DNA of 64,000 bases from Actinomycetota bacterium (GTDB lineage: Bacteria; Actinomycetota; Thermoleophilia; RBG-16-64-13), in the NCBI GenBank assembly GCA_016278725.1, contig JADQBG010000008.1, positions 1,680-65,679 of the forward strand. The letters are read 5' to 3'. The position numbers and the translations under genes are program-made. Positions 24,871 to 35,387 of this stretch are shown piece by piece; positions within the stretch are counted from its first letter, which is position 1; each line of letters begins with the position of its first letter. The notes under the pieces were generated by a model, which saw only the letters and a list, made by a program, of their open reading frames with translations, made no database searches and was not told the DNA's origin.

Positions 24871-26144
24871 GCCCCTCGAAAACAAAGCTCGGGTTCAACG
24901 GCACCTGGTCCATGGCCGTGGGCGGCATGGTCGGTGGCGGGATCTTCTCCACGCTCGGAGTGGTGGTCGGCATCGCCGGCCCCTGGGCTTGGCTCAGTTT
25001 CTTGGCCGCCGGGCTGGTCGCGCTTGCCGCGGGCTACAGCTACGTGAAGCTGGCCGCCCACTACGGCGAGGGCGGCGGAGCCTTCACTTTTCTGCGAGAG
25101 ATCGACGCCGAGGGATTCGCCGGTAGCCTCTCGTGGGTGCTGATCGTGGGCTACGTGCTCACCAACGCGGTCTACGCGTTCACCTTCGGGAGCTACCTGG
25201 GCCACGTGGTGGGGTTGGGGCCGTGGTTCCCGCGCGCCGCGGCCGTCGGGATCATGGTTCTGTTCATCGGGCTCAATCTGCGCGGGGTGGGCGAGGCCGG
25301 CGGGGTGGAGGTGGTTCTCGTCTGGTTCAAACTGGCGGTGCTGGTGGGGCTGGCTGCCTGGGGCCTCGCGCAGTGGGACCCGCCGATGCTTTCGCGAGGG
25401 GTGGCGGGGTCCGGGGTCGGCTCCGCGCTTTTCGGCGCGGCCTCGGTGTTCATGGCCTACGAGGGCTTCCAATTGCTGACCTACGATTACGATGACATCG
25501 ACCGGCCGGAGCGCACCCTGCCCCGCGCGCTGCTGTCGGCCATTGTCGTCGTGATCTTCGTCTACCTCATGGTGTCCGTGGGCACGGCCATGCTCATCGG
25601 GGCCGACCAGGTGGTGGAGCACCGGGAGGTGGCGCTGGCCATCGCCGGGCGTCAGGCATTGGGTGTCGCCGGTCTGGTTGTCGTCACCATAGCCGCGGCA
25701 TTCTCCACGGGATCGGCGATCAACGCCACGCTCTTCGCCACCGCCCGCCTGGCCTACCGAGTGGCCGACGACGGCGAGTTGCCCGCGAGCCTCGAGCACA
25801 AGAACGGCGCCGGCGTGCCGGACCGCGCGGTGATCGGCCTGGGGGTGATGGCCGCACTGCTGGCCGCGGTGGGAACGCTGACCACGCTGGTCGAGGCCGC
25901 CAGCCTGGCATTCCTCATCACATTCGGGGTTGTCGGTGGGCTGGCTTTTCGTCAACGAACGGGCTCGCGCTGGGTGACCGGCCTCGGCGCGCTCGGTGCG
26001 GCGGCGGCCTCGGTGGCCCTGATCCTCCGCCTGGCGGAAACCGAACCGATCGCTCTGGCGTTTCTCGGGCTGCTGGTGCTGACCGCGGTCTTTGGGCGTC
26101 CGGTGCTGCTGCGTTATGTGAGGACGGAGTCCGACGGCGGCTGA
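24867..26144 (+). CDS. APC-family amino acid permease, probable CTG start
   Basis: The frame upstream of ATG 24912 reads LSPSKTKLGFNGTWSM; GGMVGGGIFS TM1 motif; GGAGGAG 7 nt before CTG 24867. Confidence 0.9.
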   Translation: MSPSKTKLGFNGTWSMAVGGMVGGGIFSTLGVVVGIAGPWAWLSFLAAGLVALAAGYSYVKLAAHYGEGGGAFTFLREIDAEGFAGSLSWVLIVGYVLTNAVYAFTFGSYLGHVVGLGPWFPRAAAVGIMVLFIGLNLRGVGEAGGVEVVLVWFKLAVLVGLAAWGLAQWDPPMLSRGVAGSGVGSALFGAASVFMAYEGFQLLTYDYDDIDRPERTLPRALLSAIVVVIFVYLMVSVGTAMLIGADQVVEHREVALAIAGRQALGVAGLVVVTIAAAFSTGSAINATLFATARLAYRVADDGELPASLEHKNGAGVPDRAVIGLGVMAALLAAVGTLTTLVEAASLAFLITFGVVGGLAFRQRTGSRWVTGLGALGAAAASVALILRLAETEPIALAFLGLLVLTAVFGRPVLLRYVRTESDGG

Positions 26145-26262
26145 GCCCCTTCGCCTTGACGAGCCACTGGGCCTACCGGGAATGAATCGCCAGATCCCGG
26201 CCGGAACCTCCGCCCTGGTGTATATTCACAGACCGTATACGCATTAATGGACTAGGAGACAA

Positions 26263-27855
26263 TTGACCCCCAACCCCGAGGCCGAACTCATCAGAGCAGA
26301 GGCCAAGCGCCGCCGCACCTTCGCCATCGTTTCTCACCCGGACGCCGGGAAGACCACCCTCACCGAGAAGCTTCTGCTGTACGGTGGTGCCATCGAGGCC
26401 GCCGGAGCGGTCAAGGCCGGCCGAGGAGGCCGGGCGGCGAAGTCCGATTGGATGGAGATGGAGCAGCAGCGCGGCATTTCCATCAGCTCCACCGTGCTCC
26501 GCTTCCCCCACCGCGGACACGTGCTCAACCTCTTGGACACTCCCGGTCACCGCGACTTCTCCGAGGACACCTATCGGGTGCTGACGGCGGTGGACGCCGC
26601 GGTCATGGTGCTCGACTCGGCCAAAGGGGTGGAGGAGCGCACCCTGCGCCTTTTCGAGGTCTGCCGCAGTCGAGGGACGCCCCTCATTACCTTCATCAAC
26701 AAGTGCGACCGGCCTTCCGGTTCGCCCCTGGGGCTGCTCGACGAGATCGAGGAGAAACTCTCGGTGGTGCCGACGCCGATGACCTGGCCGGTGGGCTTGG
26801 GGCCCGACTTCCAGGGCGTGCTCGACCGGCGCGACGGCAGCTTCCGCAGGTTCCAGCGCACTTCCCGCGGGGCGACCGAGGCTCCCGAGGAGCGGCTGGA
26901 CCTTTCCCGGTTGCGGAGCGCGGGGCCCGAAGGCCGAAGCGCAGGCGAGGAACTCGCCCTGCTCGACGGTGTCGGCGCGGATTTCGATCTCGAGGCCTTC
27001 CTCACCGGAGTGGTGACCCCGGTGTTCTTCGGCTCGGCCCTCTGGAACTTTGGCGTGGGGGCTCTGCTCGACGCCCTGGTCGATCTGGCGCCGGCGCCGC
27101 TGCCGCGTCCCGACCAGGAGGGGGAAGACCGTCCTTTGAGTGCTTCGTTTTCCGGTCAGGTCTTCAAGGTCCAGGCCAATCTCGATCCCCGGCATCACGA
27201 CCGGCTCGCTTTCGTGCGGGTCAATTCGGGACGCTTCGAGAGGGGCATGCAGGTGAAGGTCGCACGCACGGGCAGGCCCTTCTCGACCAACTACGCCCAC
27301 GGTCTCTTCGGCCGCGGACGGGAGACCATGGACGAGGCCTTCCCCGGAGACGTGGTCGGGCTGGTCAACGCCCGCGACCTCCGGCTGGGAGATAGTCTCT
27401 ACACGGAGGAGCCGGTCAGCTTTCCACCGATCCCCGCCTTTGCGCCGGAGCACTTCCGCCGGGCGCGGGCGCTCGATCCGGGGCGGCACAAGCAGTTCCG
27501 CCGGGGTCTGGCGACGCTCGAGGAGGAAGGCGTGGTGCAGATTCTCAGCTACCCCGAGAGCGCGGACCACGTGCCCGTGCTGGGCGCGGTGGGACCCATG
27601 CAATACGAGGTGGCTCAGCACCGCATGGAGAATGAGTTCGGGGCTCCGGTGGAGCTCACCGCGCTTCCCTACACCCTGGCCCGGCTGACGGACGCCCGGA
27701 CCGCGGCCACCCTGCGCAACCATCGCCGTATCGAAGTGCTCACCCGAAGCGACGGCGCCTTGCTCGCCCTCTTCCCCGACGACTTCTGGTTGAGGCAGAT
27801 GGAGAAGGATCGCCCGGAGGCCACCCTGGAACCCCTGTTCGTGGGCCAATGTTAA
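26263..27855 (+). CDS. prfC: Peptide chain release factor 3
   Basis: RRTFAIVSHPDAGKTTLTEKLL, EQQRGISISS, DTPGHRDFSEDTYR, NKCD, GAVGPMQYEV. Confidence 0.97.
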   Translation: MTPNPEAELIRAEAKRRRTFAIVSHPDAGKTTLTEKLLLYGGAIEAAGAVKAGRGGRAAKSDWMEMEQQRGISISSTVLRFPHRGHVLNLLDTPGHRDFSEDTYRVLTAVDAAVMVLDSAKGVEERTLRLFEVCRSRGTPLITFINKCDRPSGSPLGLLDEIEEKLSVVPTPMTWPVGLGPDFQGVLDRRDGSFRRFQRTSRGATEAPEERLDLSRLRSAGPEGRSAGEELALLDGVGADFDLEAFLTGVVTPVFFGSALWNFGVGALLDALVDLAPAPLPRPDQEGEDRPLSASFSGQVFKVQANLDPRHHDRLAFVRVNSGRFERGMQVKVARTGRPFSTNYAHGLFGRGRETMDEAFPGDVVGLVNARDLRLGDSLYTEEPVSFPPIPAFAPEHFRRARALDPGRHKQFRRGLATLEEEGVVQILSYPESADHVPVLGAVGPMQYEVAQHRMENEFGAPVELTALPYTLARLTDARTAATLRNHRRIEVLTRSDGALLALFPDDFWLRQMEKDRPEATLEPLFVGQC

Positions 27856-27868
27856 GGAGAGAAGCCGT

Positions 27869-28609
27869 ATGAAAGGGCTGAGCTGGACGGTCAAACTGGG
27901 CATCGGCCTGCTGCTGACCTCGGTGGTGCTGTTCGCGATTCACCTGGCGATCTTCCAGGACCTTCACCACATCGCCATCTACACTTTGCACGACATCGCC
28001 TTCCTCCCGGTCGAAGTGCTGATCGTCACCATGATCATCCACTCGCTGCTCGAACGCCGCGCCCGCCAGGAGATGATGAACAAGCTGAACATGGTGATCG
28101 GTGCGTTCTTCAGCGAAGTGGGGTCGGAGCTGCTCCGCCGGATTTCGGAGCTGGACGAAGAGGTCGAGGTGCGCGAGTACTTCCTCGTCAACGGCCACTG
28201 GGATGCGGCGCGCTATCAGGCGGCCAAGCGGGCGGCCACGGACTATGACTTCGGGATTAAGGCGAGCCGGGAAGACCTGGCCGCGCTCAGCGCCTTTCTC
28301 GACCAGAAGCGCGGTTTTCTCCTGGGAATGCTGCAGAACCCCAATCTCCTGGAGCACGAGAGCTTCACCGAGGCCATGTGGGGGGTGTTCCACCTGAACG
28401 ACGAGCTCAGCCGTCGTCAGGACTTCGCCGACCTGCCCGCGAGCGACATCCGCCATCTGTCAGGCGACGTGGAGCGCGCCTACCGAGTGCTGGCTCTCGA
28501 ATGGCTCGACTACGTGCGGCACCTGCAGAAGGACTACCCCTACCTGTTCTCGCTGGCGGTGCGCACCAACCCGCTGAACTCCGCCAGTGGGGTGGCCGTA
28601 ACGGCCTGA
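27869..28609 (+). CDS. Conserved hypothetical membrane protein (2 N-terminal TM helices + soluble domain)
   Basis: Hydrophobic N-terminus, DIAFLPVEVLIVT, LLEHESFTEAMW; RBS AAGGAG. Confidence 0.75.
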   Translation: MKGLSWTVKLGIGLLLTSVVLFAIHLAIFQDLHHIAIYTLHDIAFLPVEVLIVTMIIHSLLERRARQEMMNKLNMVIGAFFSEVGSELLRRISELDEEVEVREYFLVNGHWDAARYQAAKRAATDYDFGIKASREDLAALSAFLDQKRGFLLGMLQNPNLLEHESFTEAMWGVFHLNDELSRRQDFADLPASDIRHLSGDVERAYRVLALEWLDYVRHLQKDYPYLFSLAVRTNPLNSASGVAVTA

Positions 28610-28659
28610 CGGGGCCGGATTAACTACGACCCCGCGTCCGGGCGATGCGGCCGCAGCCG

Positions 28660-29424
28660 CTACTGCGCTACGTAGCCGCCGTCAATCAAATACGCCGCTC
28701 CGGTGACGAAGCTCGCACGGTCGGAAGCCAGCCAGAGGATCAACTCCGCCACTTCCTCGGGCTTTCCCAGACGTCCGGCCGGGTGCTTGCCCACCAGGAA
28801 CTCGTGCATCTCGCTTCCTGGTGTGATTCCTGCCGATTCGATCAGCGGGGTCTCAATAAACCCAGGATTGACCGAGTTGATGCGAATCCCCTGCCCGGAG
28901 TACTCCAGGGCGGCGCTCTTGGTCAGCCCGACCACGCCGTGCTTTGCCGAGACGTAGGCCGAAGCCTGGGGAAACCCTACCAGGCCGAGGATCGAGGAGT
29001 TGTTGACGATGGCCCCGCTTCCCGCCTTCGACATCTGGGCGAGTTCATACTTCATGCACAGCCAGACACCGATCAGGTTGACGTCGATCACCTGACGCCA
29101 GGCGGCTTCCTCGTAGTCGGCGATTGTGGCTGAAGGGCCGCCGATACCCGCGTTGTTGACCGCGATGTCAAGCCGGCCGAACGTTTCGATGGTCTGGTTC
29201 ACCATTTGCTCGACCTGCGAAGCGGAGGTCACGTCCACCGCGGTGGCGTGGCAAATGCCGCCTTCCTTCTCGACCAACTCGACGGTTTCCCGGCCGCCCT
29301 CGGTGCTCAGATCGGCTGCCATCACCTCGGCTCCGCCTTCCGCCAGAGCTTGGGCCGTCGCCCGTCCTATCCCTGAGCCTGCTCCGGTGACCAGAGCCAC
29401 CTTGCCCTCGAATTCCCGCGCCAT
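28660..29424 (-). CDS. SDR-family oxidoreductase
   Basis: VTGAGSGIG, NNAGI, Y..AK (YVSAKHG), PG.IETP; start re-set to ATG 29424. Confidence 0.95.
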   Translation of the reverse strand: MAREFEGKVALVTGAGSGIGRATAQALAEGGAEVMAADLSTEGGRETVELVEKEGGICHATAVDVTSASQVEQMVNQTIETFGRLDIAVNNAGIGGPSATIADYEEAAWRQVIDVNLIGVWLCMKYELAQMSKAGSGAIVNNSSILGLVGFPQASAYVSAKHGVVGLTKSAALEYSGQGIRINSVNPGFIETPLIESAGITPGSEMHEFLVGKHPAGRLGKPEEVAELILWLASDRASFVTGAAYLIDGGYVAQ

Positions 29425-29699
29425 CTCGGACCCCCCCTCGATGTGTTTGCGCTGCGGCCGGTCGCCGCTCACCCTGGCTCCGGTTGCGATACTCAGCTCC
29501 GGTCAACCCGAACGGGGGTGGACGGTGACGTACGAACTCAACTCCTCTTCATCGTACAGGCGCTTGACCACCGACGAAACCCTCGAGGGGAAGATGCATC
29601 CGTCTCAGCCGTTCTGTCCGGAGTGCCTGATAGTTTGGTCTTGCCGATAGACTCGTCAGCGTTCCCGCATGGGGGATGCGTCAGCAGGAGGGCCTCAGC

Positions 29700-31187
29700 A
29701 TGGCCGCAAGGGTTCCCAATCTCTCGAAGTCGCGCTACCAGAAAGGGCTGCAGTGCCACCGGCAGCTCTGGTTGGAGTGCCACCGCAGGCACCTGGCGGA
29801 TCCCATCTCCGACACCACTCGGGCTTTGTTCGATATGGGGCATCGGGTGGGGGAACTCGCCCGCGAGCGCTACCGGGACGGAGTGTTGGTCGAGGCGGAC
29901 TACCGGCAGGGCGCTCTTGCTCTGGCGACCACCCGGGAGCTGATTCGCGGGGGTGCCGCTGCGCTCTTCGAGGCGGCTTTTGACGGCGACGGCGTCTTCG
30001 TGCGGGCCGATGTCCTCCTCAAGGCACCGCGGGGTTGCTGGGACCTGATCGAAGTCAAGCAGTCGACCAAGGCCAAGGACGAGCACGTCACCGATGCAGC
30101 CGCCCAGGTTTATTCGATCGAGCGGTCGGGACTCTCGGTGCGTTCGGCCGCCATCATGCACGTCGACACCGAGTACGTCTGGGAGGGGGGAGACTACGAT
30201 CCGCACCGCCTGTTCGCGCTCGAAGACGTCACCGATCAGGTGCGCTCGCATCTGGAGATCCTGCCCGCGCGCCTGGCCGAGATGCGTCGCATGTTGAGCG
30301 GGGAATGCCCGGAGAAGAGGTTCGGCAAGCACTGCCGGAAACCTTATGACTGTGCCTTTCTGGGGCACTGCCAGGCCTCACTGCCCGACTTTGCGATCAT
30401 CGATCTTCCCTGGGTGACCGATGAGCAATTGGCCGCGCTGCAGGCCGACGGCATCTATTCGGTGACCGAGGTCCCTCCGGTCTATCCGGCACTGCAGGCC
30501 CGCCAGCAGACCGTCTGCCGCGTGGCGGCGGAGCGCCGGGTATGGTTTGCCGACGGCCTCGCGCCGGCGCTGGCTGCCGCCGAGCGCCCCCTGTTCTTCC
30601 TGGATTTCGAGACGGTGACGTCACCGCTGCCCCTTTTTCCGGGGACCCGCCCCTATCAGGTGATACCGGTGCAGTGGTCACTGCACCGGTTGGACGGGGA
30701 CGGCAGCCTGCGGCACTGGGAACACCTGCACGAGGACCGCGCCGATCCGCGTCCCGGACTAGTTGAGGCCCTCCTCGACCGCGTGGGAGAGCGGGGCAGC
30801 GTGGTGGTCTACTCCTCCTACGAGAAGACCCGGCTCAGGCAGTTGGCTGAGGAGTTACCCGCATACGCCGACCAGATCGCCGCGCTCGAGGCGCGGCTCT
30901 TCGACCTCGAGCCGGTCGTCAAGGAGCACGTGCAGCACCACGAGTTCCGGGGGCGCACCTCGCTCAAACGGGTGCTGCCCGCCCTGGTCCCGGACCTCGG
31001 CTACGACGGCCTCAGCATCGCCGACGGACAGACGGCGATGGTGCAGTACGAGGCGGCGGTGCGCAGTGGACAGAACGGCCCGGCGAGGGCGCAGCTCTTT
31101 GCCGACCTGCGCGAGTACTGCGCTCGGGATACGCTCGGGCTATGCCGGGTGTATCAGCACCTGGCGGAGCGCGCCGGGCTCATTTAG
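29700..31187 (+). CDS. DUF2779 protein (PD-(D/E)xK nuclease-like + RNase H/DEDD-like domain)
   Basis: LSKSRY..GLQC; RADVL...IEVKQST; C-P..C..PY.C Cys cluster; FLDFET; YCARDT. Confidence 0.85.
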   Translation: MAARVPNLSKSRYQKGLQCHRQLWLECHRRHLADPISDTTRALFDMGHRVGELARERYRDGVLVEADYRQGALALATTRELIRGGAAALFEAAFDGDGVFVRADVLLKAPRGCWDLIEVKQSTKAKDEHVTDAAAQVYSIERSGLSVRSAAIMHVDTEYVWEGGDYDPHRLFALEDVTDQVRSHLEILPARLAEMRRMLSGECPEKRFGKHCRKPYDCAFLGHCQASLPDFAIIDLPWVTDEQLAALQADGIYSVTEVPPVYPALQARQQTVCRVAAERRVWFADGLAPALAAAERPLFFLDFETVTSPLPLFPGTRPYQVIPVQWSLHRLDGDGSLRHWEHLHEDRADPRPGLVEALLDRVGERGSVVVYSSYEKTRLRQLAEELPAYADQIAALEARLFDLEPVVKEHVQHHEFRGRTSLKRVLPALVPDLGYDGLSIADGQTAMVQYEAAVRSGQNGPARAQLFADLREYCARDTLGLCRVYQHLAERAGLI

Positions 31188-31445
31188 CCTCTCTCTCACG
31201 GTCTGCCCAACCGGGTGGTGCTGAACGGGGTCTACCTGGGCATGGCCATCCAGGCGGTGGTGCCGCCGGGGCGCCCGGTCTCTCTGATGGACATCATGAT
31301 TCCTTAAGCCGAGGTCAGCTTGCGCGAACCACCACACTACGACGCGGGGGACGAGCTGAATCAGCCCTTTACCGACCCAGAGGAAATGGTTGAGCCGTAC
31401 CTCGCCCCGCTTGATCTGGGACCGACGCGGCCGCATAAGCCCTCC

Positions 31446-32651
31446 ATGGTCGACGAGATGAGCCGGTCGCGCTGGCTGGTGCTCGTGTTGGTCCTCGGGG
31501 GGCTCAGCGCCTTTGGGCCGCTTTCCGTCGACATGTACCTGCCGGCCCTTCCCAGCATCGCCGACGAATTGGGGGGTGGCGCCTCCGGGGTGCAACTCAC
31601 CCTTACCGCGGTGCTGGCCGGATTGGCCCTGGGCCAGTTGATAGCGGGACCCCTGAGCGATCAGTTGGGCCGACGAATGCCGCTGATGGTGGGCGTGTCC
31701 GGCTATGCCGCGGCCTCTCTGGCCTGCGCATTCGCGCCCTCGGTGGGGGTGCTGGTCGCGCTGCGTTTTCTCCAAGGCTTGGGCGGCGCGGCCGGCATCG
31801 TCATCGCCCGCGCGGTGGTGCGTGATCTCTACGAGGGGGTGGCGGCGGCGCGATTCTTCTCGCGGCTCATGCTCGTGACCGGCCTGGCCCCCATCTTCGC
31901 CCCGATCTTCGGCGCTCAGGTACTGCGCTTCACCGACTGGCGAGGGGTTTTCTGGGTGTTGGCCGGGATCGGCGTGGTGTTGGTGATCGGCGTGGCCGTC
32001 GGGGTTCCGGAGACCTGGCCGGTTTCCCGCCGCAGCGGTGCGGGCGTGGGCACCACCCTTCGGCGCATGTTCGGGCTGACCCGGGACCGCGTGCTCATGG
32101 GCTACGCTCTGGCCTCAGGCCTGGCCTTCGCGGCGATGTTCGCCTATATCTCGGGCTCGCCCTTCGTCATCCAGGAGATCTACGGGGCTTCCCCCCAGTT
32201 CTTCAGCATCGTCTTCGGGGTGAATGCCTTCGGCCTCGCCGCCGCGGGCCAGTTGAACGCCCAACTGGTGGCGCGGATCTCGCCCCAGCGGTTGCTGCAC
32301 CTCGGCCTGGGGATCACCTTTGTCTCGGGACTCGCACTGCTCGTGGTGGTGGCGTTTGAGGTCCCGGGCCTGGCCGCGCTACTGCCGCCGCTCTTCTTTC
32401 TGGTCACCAGCATGGGGTTGATCTTCCCCAACGCCACCGCCCTGGCCCTCGCCGAGCATCCCGAGGCGGCGGGCAGCGCGTCGGCCCTCCTCGGCGTGCT
32501 GCAGTTCATCGTGGGCGCGGCGGTTGCTCCGCTGGTGGGCATCGCGGGCGAGGGTACCGCGCTCCCGATGGCCGTGCTCATTGCCATCCTGGGAATGGGA
32601 GCCCTGCTCGCCCACTTCTTCCTCAGCCGTCCGGCGGAGGAGCGGGTCTAA
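31446..32651 (+). CDS. Bcr/CflA-family MFS efflux transporter
   Basis: PLSVDMYLPALP, GPLSDQLGRR, RAVVRDLY; start uncertain (31320-31458). Confidence 0.93.
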   Translation: MVDEMSRSRWLVLVLVLGGLSAFGPLSVDMYLPALPSIADELGGGASGVQLTLTAVLAGLALGQLIAGPLSDQLGRRMPLMVGVSGYAAASLACAFAPSVGVLVALRFLQGLGGAAGIVIARAVVRDLYEGVAAARFFSRLMLVTGLAPIFAPIFGAQVLRFTDWRGVFWVLAGIGVVLVIGVAVGVPETWPVSRRSGAGVGTTLRRMFGLTRDRVLMGYALASGLAFAAMFAYISGSPFVIQEIYGASPQFFSIVFGVNAFGLAAAGQLNAQLVARISPQRLLHLGLGITFVSGLALLVVVAFEVPGLAALLPPLFFLVTSMGLIFPNATALALAEHPEAAGSASALLGVLQFIVGAAVAPLVGIAGEGTALPMAVLIAILGMGALLAHFFLSRPAEERV

Positions 32652-32744
32652 GCGGGGCGGGGGCCGCGGGAACCGGTCGGTTCGGGATGAGGTCTGGCCC
32701 CATATAGGCTGCGCTCGCGCCCGCCCGCGCAACCGCCCTCTCGG

Positions 32745-34487
32745 CTACTGCGTCGCCTGAAGCGCCTGAAACACCACCTTGGCGGCGTGACCGCGGGTGG
32801 CGGTGCCGTAGGGATCGAAGATGGTGGCCGAGCGCCCGTCCACCAGCCCGTTGAACTCCGCCTTGGCCACCACCGCCCGGTCCTCCGGGGCCAGATCGGT
32901 GAAGCCGGGGTCGTATCCGGAGGGAGGCTCGGCCAGGGAAGCGCCCGCCGCCCGGACCACCACCCGCACCAACTGCACCCGCAGCAGGGGATCCGACGGG
33001 CCGAAGAGGCCGTTACCGTATCCCAGCACCAGCCCCGCGCCGGCAGCCTCTTCCACGTAATCGAAAGGATAAGCGTCGCCGTCGTAAGCGACGTCCGTGA
33101 AAGTGGGATCGCCCAGGTTGTCCACGGGGTCGCTGTGAAGCCCGAAGGCAAGCACCGCCATCTTTGTCAGCTGCGCGCGCAGCACGGGGTCGTTCAAACC
33201 GAAACTTCCGTCTCCGTAGCCCTGGACCACGCCCCGCTCGGCAAGGGCCTGCACCGCGGGGTAGAAGGGGTGCTCCGGCGGCACGTCGCTGAACGCGGAG
33301 AATCCGGCGAAACTCACCCGCAGGATGCGGTCGTCCTCGGTGGCCGGCGAAGCCCGGCCGTCGCGATTGCTGGTTCCCAGGTAGAGCGAGCCGTCCGGCC
33401 CCACGGCTATCGAGCGTAAGCGGCCGAACCGCCCGTCAAAGAGCACCTGCTCTTGGGCCACCGAACCGAACGACGCGTCTGCCGGGACCAGCCGCCGGAG
33501 ATCCTGCTGTTTGAGGGTGACGAAGAGCAACGAGCCGTTCCAGCCGGGAATCGCGCCGGCCTCGTAGAAGGCGGCACCCGCCGGCGCGATCGTCGGGGTC
33601 CACGCACGCACCGGGTCACGGAAGGCGGGATCGTTCGAGAATCCTCGTACCTGGGGCCAGCCGAAGTTGGCGCCGGAAGCCAGGTGGTTGACCTCGTCGT
33701 CGGTATCGGGACCGTGCTCGGTGATGAACGGATTGGAGTCTCCAGTGCGCCAGGCGAGCCCCTGCGGGTTTCGGTGTCCGTAGCTGTAGATCAGGGATCC
33801 GGGGAAAGGATTACCCGGCGCGGGGTTACCCGCTCGATCCAAGCGGAGGACCTTGCCGGCGAGGGAAGCCGTATCCTGTGCAAGTTGCGCCTGTCCCGCG
33901 TCGCCGGTGGTCACCCAAAGGTTGCCGTCGGGCCCGAAGCCCACCCGGCTGCCGTCGTGGATCGAGGCGGCGGGAATGTTGTCCACCAGCACCAGCTCAG
34001 CGCCCAAGCTGTCGCCGCTGATGGTGAAGCGGCTGATGCGGTTGACCAAGCCGCCACCCGTGGAGCGCGTGTAGCTCACGTAGATGTAGGGCTGGGCCGG
34101 ATAGCCGGGGTCCAGATCGAAACCGAGCAGGCCGCTTTCGCCTTGCTCCGTCACCGGGAGAGTGCCCAGCCGCGTCTGTGCCCCGGTCTCCACGTTCACC
34201 CGCACGAGGCCGCCGTCGCGCTCACTCACGAGCAAATCGCCGCTCGGCAGGAAGCGCATCTCCCAAGGAACGTGTAGGCCGGTGGTGACCACCTCCACCC
34301 GCAGATCGCCTTCGCCGGCGGTTTGGGCGAGCGCCGGCCCCACCGAAATCAGCATCGCCAAGAGCGGCACCGCAATCAGCGCCGCGAGCAAAGCCGACAT
34401 CGGTGCCGGCAGGTGCGCGGCGAAGTCGGGAGAGATGCGGGGAGCGAATCGCCGGGAGAAGCGCGTGATAAGAATCCGGGTCCGCAT
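32745..34487 (-). CDS. PQQ-dependent (GSDH/YliI-like) aldose dehydrogenase with signal peptide and C-terminal SLH domains
   Basis: HDGSRVGFGPDG, YGHRNPQGLAW, N.GWP, FGRLR; FSDVPPEHPFY...VVQGYGDGSF SLH repeats; RBS GAAGGAG before ATG 34487. Confidence 0.9.
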   Translation of the reverse strand: MRTRILITRFSRRFAPRISPDFAAHLPAPMSALLAALIAVPLLAMLISVGPALAQTAGEGDLRVEVVTTGLHVPWEMRFLPSGDLLVSERDGGLVRVNVETGAQTRLGTLPVTEQGESGLLGFDLDPGYPAQPYIYVSYTRSTGGGLVNRISRFTISGDSLGAELVLVDNIPAASIHDGSRVGFGPDGNLWVTTGDAGQAQLAQDTASLAGKVLRLDRAGNPAPGNPFPGSLIYSYGHRNPQGLAWRTGDSNPFITEHGPDTDDEVNHLASGANFGWPQVRGFSNDPAFRDPVRAWTPTIAPAGAAFYEAGAIPGWNGSLLFVTLKQQDLRRLVPADASFGSVAQEQVLFDGRFGRLRSIAVGPDGSLYLGTSNRDGRASPATEDDRILRVSFAGFSAFSDVPPEHPFYPAVQALAERGVVQGYGDGSFGLNDPVLRAQLTKMAVLAFGLHSDPVDNLGDPTFTDVAYDGDAYPFDYVEEAAGAGLVLGYGNGLFGPSDPLLRVQLVRVVVRAAGASLAEPPSGYDPGFTDLAPEDRAVVAKAEFNGLVDGRSATIFDPYGTATRGHAAKVVFQALQATQ

Positions 34488-34672
34488 GATGTCTCCTTCA
34501 CGTGCGCATACTCGTTTCACTCTTCCCATAAGCCGGAGGCATGTCTACCTGAGTGATGGTCCAGCGACGGGGACGACGACCGGAGGGCCCGGGACCCGGG
34601 GCTGCGACCCCGGGCCTGGACCGGAATGGGGTTTACGGGACCCCGGGTGGTTTCCTCATCTTCCTTTGCTTT

Positions 34673-35062
34673 TCACAGACCGAGATCGAAAGCGGCCTCC
34701 CCGATCGCGATGACGTTCCCGTCTGGGTCCTTGAACCAGGCCGCGCGCATCTGGGGATCTTCAGCGACGCCGTTCTCGGTCTTCAGTCCGGGCAGGTCGT
34801 AGTCCTCGAACTTGACCCCCTTGTCGCGCAAGTCCTTCATCACCTTATCCAAGTCCTTCACCAAGAAGGAAAGCACGGTCGCGTCACCCGACTTGGCCTG
34901 TGTCTGATAGACGAGGAAGGCGCTGTTCCCGGACTGAACGAGCAGACTTTCCGGGACCGAGGGACCCTCGAACTCGGAGAGTCCCAGGGTATCCAGGTAG
35001 AAGGAACGCGCTCGGCTGATGTCCGAAGTGGGAGCCACGCCCAGTACCATCTGAGCATCCAT
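34673..35062 (-). CDS. VOC/glyoxalase-family protein
   Basis: ARSFYLDTLGL, FLVKDLD, AWFKDPDGNVI. Confidence 0.92.
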   Translation of the reverse strand: MDAQMVLGVAPTSDISRARSFYLDTLGLSEFEGPSVPESLLVQSGNSAFLVYQTQAKSGDATVLSFLVKDLDKVMKDLRDKGVKFEDYDLPGLKTENGVAEDPQMRAAWFKDPDGNVIAIGEAAFDLGL

Positions 35063-35387
35063 CGTATGTGACCTCCGCCGGCATGAGAACCGGCCTCTAG
35101 TTAGAGGAAGGCGGTACCCACTCGGTGGTCTGCTCGCCGGCCAGAGGCGGAGGGATCGGGCCACGATGGGCGCCGTCACAAATACCTGCTTCCTAATATT
35201 GTAACAATTGAAACTTGTTACCGGACCGGCCCGGTCCATCCCCTTACGGGCTCCCGCGGCAACAGTCGTAATCGGCTTGTAAGCAATCTGAAAGCCCCGC
35301 CCAATACCTTCCGGGCAGGATCTCCTTGTTAGTTGTTAGAGCCTTTCCCTCTTGATGGAGGGGCGGTTCGAAGAAAGGAGATCTGTC

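Noticed and set aside
34558-34650. Riboswitch upstream of the PQQ/SLH gene
   Set aside because: Nested GC-rich stems (GGTCCAG/CTGGACC, CCCGGGG/CCCCGGG) are present, but there is no match to the c-di-GMP-I or c-di-AMP consensus I know; more likely a terminator or REP-like hairpin after the VOC gene. An Infernal/Rfam scan would settle it.
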